From Cyanophora paradoxa CCMP329 (lineage: Eukaryota; Plantae; Glaucophyta): a stretch of DNA of 64,000 nucleotides. Within the stretch, counting starts at the first letter, position 1, and every line of letters begins with the position of its first letter. The notes beneath the pieces are model-generated. The model was given only the letters and a program-made list of their open reading frames with translations, did no database searches and had not been told where the DNA came from. Position numbers and translations under genes: made by a program. This document shows positions 62,182-64,000 of this stretch, piece after piece. The stretch spans positions 62,001 through 126,000 of the forward strand of contig QPMI01000150.1 of the NCBI GenBank assembly GCA_004431415.1. Direction: 5' to 3'.

Positions 62182-63225
62182 CCGCCCCGGCGCCCTCCAC
62201 GCCCCCCGGGCTCAGCGGCTGCCTCGCCGGGCGCTGCTGCATTATGGGACGAGTGCCCAAGGGGTATATATCCAGTAGTTTACGATTGTTGTGATTAGTC
62301 CCGCAATCGGCGAGTTTCAAACTTCACGTTACTCTAGAGATTTCAACTGCAGTTTCCGCTTCGCTTAGACTTGCATTTGTTTCGTATCTTGGCTTCGTGT
62401 GCCCCGCTCCAACGTCCTTGTTGTCTGCTTTGCTCCGAGGCTCCAGTCTCTTGTATTATTCGCAGTACCATTGTCGGTGTGAACGAGGTGCCCGCGGCCG
62501 CTACTTGTCGGCTTGACTTGGTAAGCCGCAGTGCTCAGCGGCTCCAGTTTGATATTCGTGGTATCTTTATTTGCTTCAGCAGCTGGCCGCCCTAGTATGC
62601 ATCTTTGGCCCAGCTCTCTAGTTAAATTATTGAATATCTGGCCATGGCCAAGGACTTCCAAGTTTTTGGCCTCCGAGCTCGAGCGCTAGCTCGTGTTTTC
62701 TATTGTTTAATTTCGCAATGAGCCTGGCCGAGCCTGGCAGTGGCAGCCTATATAGCTTGGCCTGGTGTATCATAGTATGGTTGCTAGCGATTAGCCGGGC
62801 ACGTGCATGTGTGTTCTGACGTCTCGCCCTCTCAGAGTGTCTGGGCAGCCTGGAAGAGGCTCGCTCGCAGTCTTATATATATATATATAAAATTAGCTTT
62901 CAGTAGCTATAATCATGTGATCATGTGTGATCGTGTGATCATGATAAATGCATATATAGGCTCGTCATGATCATAACCACGTCAACGCCCGCGCCCGGCC
63001 CCTTTTTAAACTTGCATGCACCTCTCCGAGTCGAGCTCCGACTCGATTTCAGTGAGCCGAGCTGCCTCACGACGCCTCCCTCCTAGAGCTCCGACCCTAG
63101 CCACGAGTCCGACGGTCCGCCGAGATCCCGGAGTTCAAGAAGCTTTGAGATCGTCGAATCGGGATTCCGCTCTTCATTCTTTTGATAGAAAACATAAAAC
63201 GGGGCATGCAAAGCTAAAACCGGAT

Positions 63226-64000
63226 CTAGGGTACATTGGAAAGGTAAAGCAATCTGTGCACAGCCGCGCCCCTGCCCCTACCGGGCGACGAGGAGGGCGT
63301 ACCCGTACTGGGGGTCGAAGGCGGCCTCGCGGGCGGCGGAGAGGGGCGCGCTCGCCGCGGAGAGCGCCTCCACCTCGGGCCAGGCGAGCCGCCGGCAGCG
63401 CACCTCCAGCCGCCGCAGCGCGGGGGCGTACACGTCGAGCCGCGGGGGGTACACCTCGTCCCCGTGCACCCCGAAGAAGGGGTAGAGGAGGCGGAGCTCG
63501 CGAAGGCCGGGGCAGCGGAGGAGGACGGTGAGGCGGACCCCCGAGGAGCGGATCTCCGACTCGACCGAGAGCTGAGGGGGTACACGCGCGTCAGCACGCG
63601 GGGCCCGGCGACGCGACGAAGCGCTGCGGGGAAAGTGGGAAGGGGAAAGCGGGACGGCCGGGCGCAAGCTCAGGACCCCATTCTGATCACTCTGATAGTC
63701 AGACGGCACTTCCTTTTTATTGAGGTATGGTTCATCAGGACAGGCGCGGCCGGCGCGGAACGAGAAGCAAGAAACAAAGAAAGGAAAGAAGGAACGGGGC
63801 GGGGGCAGGCGCACGGAGCGGAGGCGGTCGCAGTTCTCGACGGAGAGGCAGCGGAGGCTGGCGCCCTCGAGGGCCACCTCCTCCAGCCGCCCGCAGTCCT
63901 GCAGCCGCGGGTCGCACAGCGAGCCGCACCTGCGCGCCGCGGAGGCGTCGGCGCCGGCGACGGGGCGCGCGGACTTTGCGGGGGAAGGGGGCGGGGCGCA
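63226..64000 (-). CDS. 3' part of a leucine-rich-repeat (F-box/LRR-like) protein; runs off the window
   Basis: LRCLSVENCDRLRSV, RCPGLRELRL and APALRRLEVRCRRL repeats, with GT-AG introns. Confidence 0.65.

Overview
A GC-rich, intron-dense eukaryotic (algal/protist) window. The very short GC-rich introns with GTCCGC/GTGCGC/GCSCGC donors and the gene content would fit a glaucophyte such as Cyanophora, but that assignment is inference only. Left part (1-26 kb): a decayed kelch gene, TA-flanked MITEs, an IQ/WW protein gene, a tandem pair of TPR-like paralogs, Yip1, a MARCH RING-CH ligase and a GT32 glycosyltransferase. Centre (27.4-48.8 kb): a nested mobile-element complex. It holds an internally deleted tyrosine-recombinase (DIRS-order, Ngaro/PAT-like) retroelement with split repeats sharing an 8-bp core, a 16x45-bp array of that element's terminal motif, and a 13.7-kb head-to-tail array of 8 non-autonomous Helitron-like units with ~149-bp internal monomers. 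One unit contains a 2-kb poly(A)/15-bp-TSD retro-insertion that still carries sense-strand spliceosomal introns. Right part (49-64 kb): a MEDS-domain hybrid histidine kinase head-to-head with a large TmcB-like membrane/TPR gene, and the 3' end of an LRR gene. Comparing repeat copies within the window shows a recurrent X-revcomp(X)-X micro-insertion signature. Gene models were spliced by eye, exon boundaries are approximate, and some frameshifts in G/C runs are probably sequencing errors.
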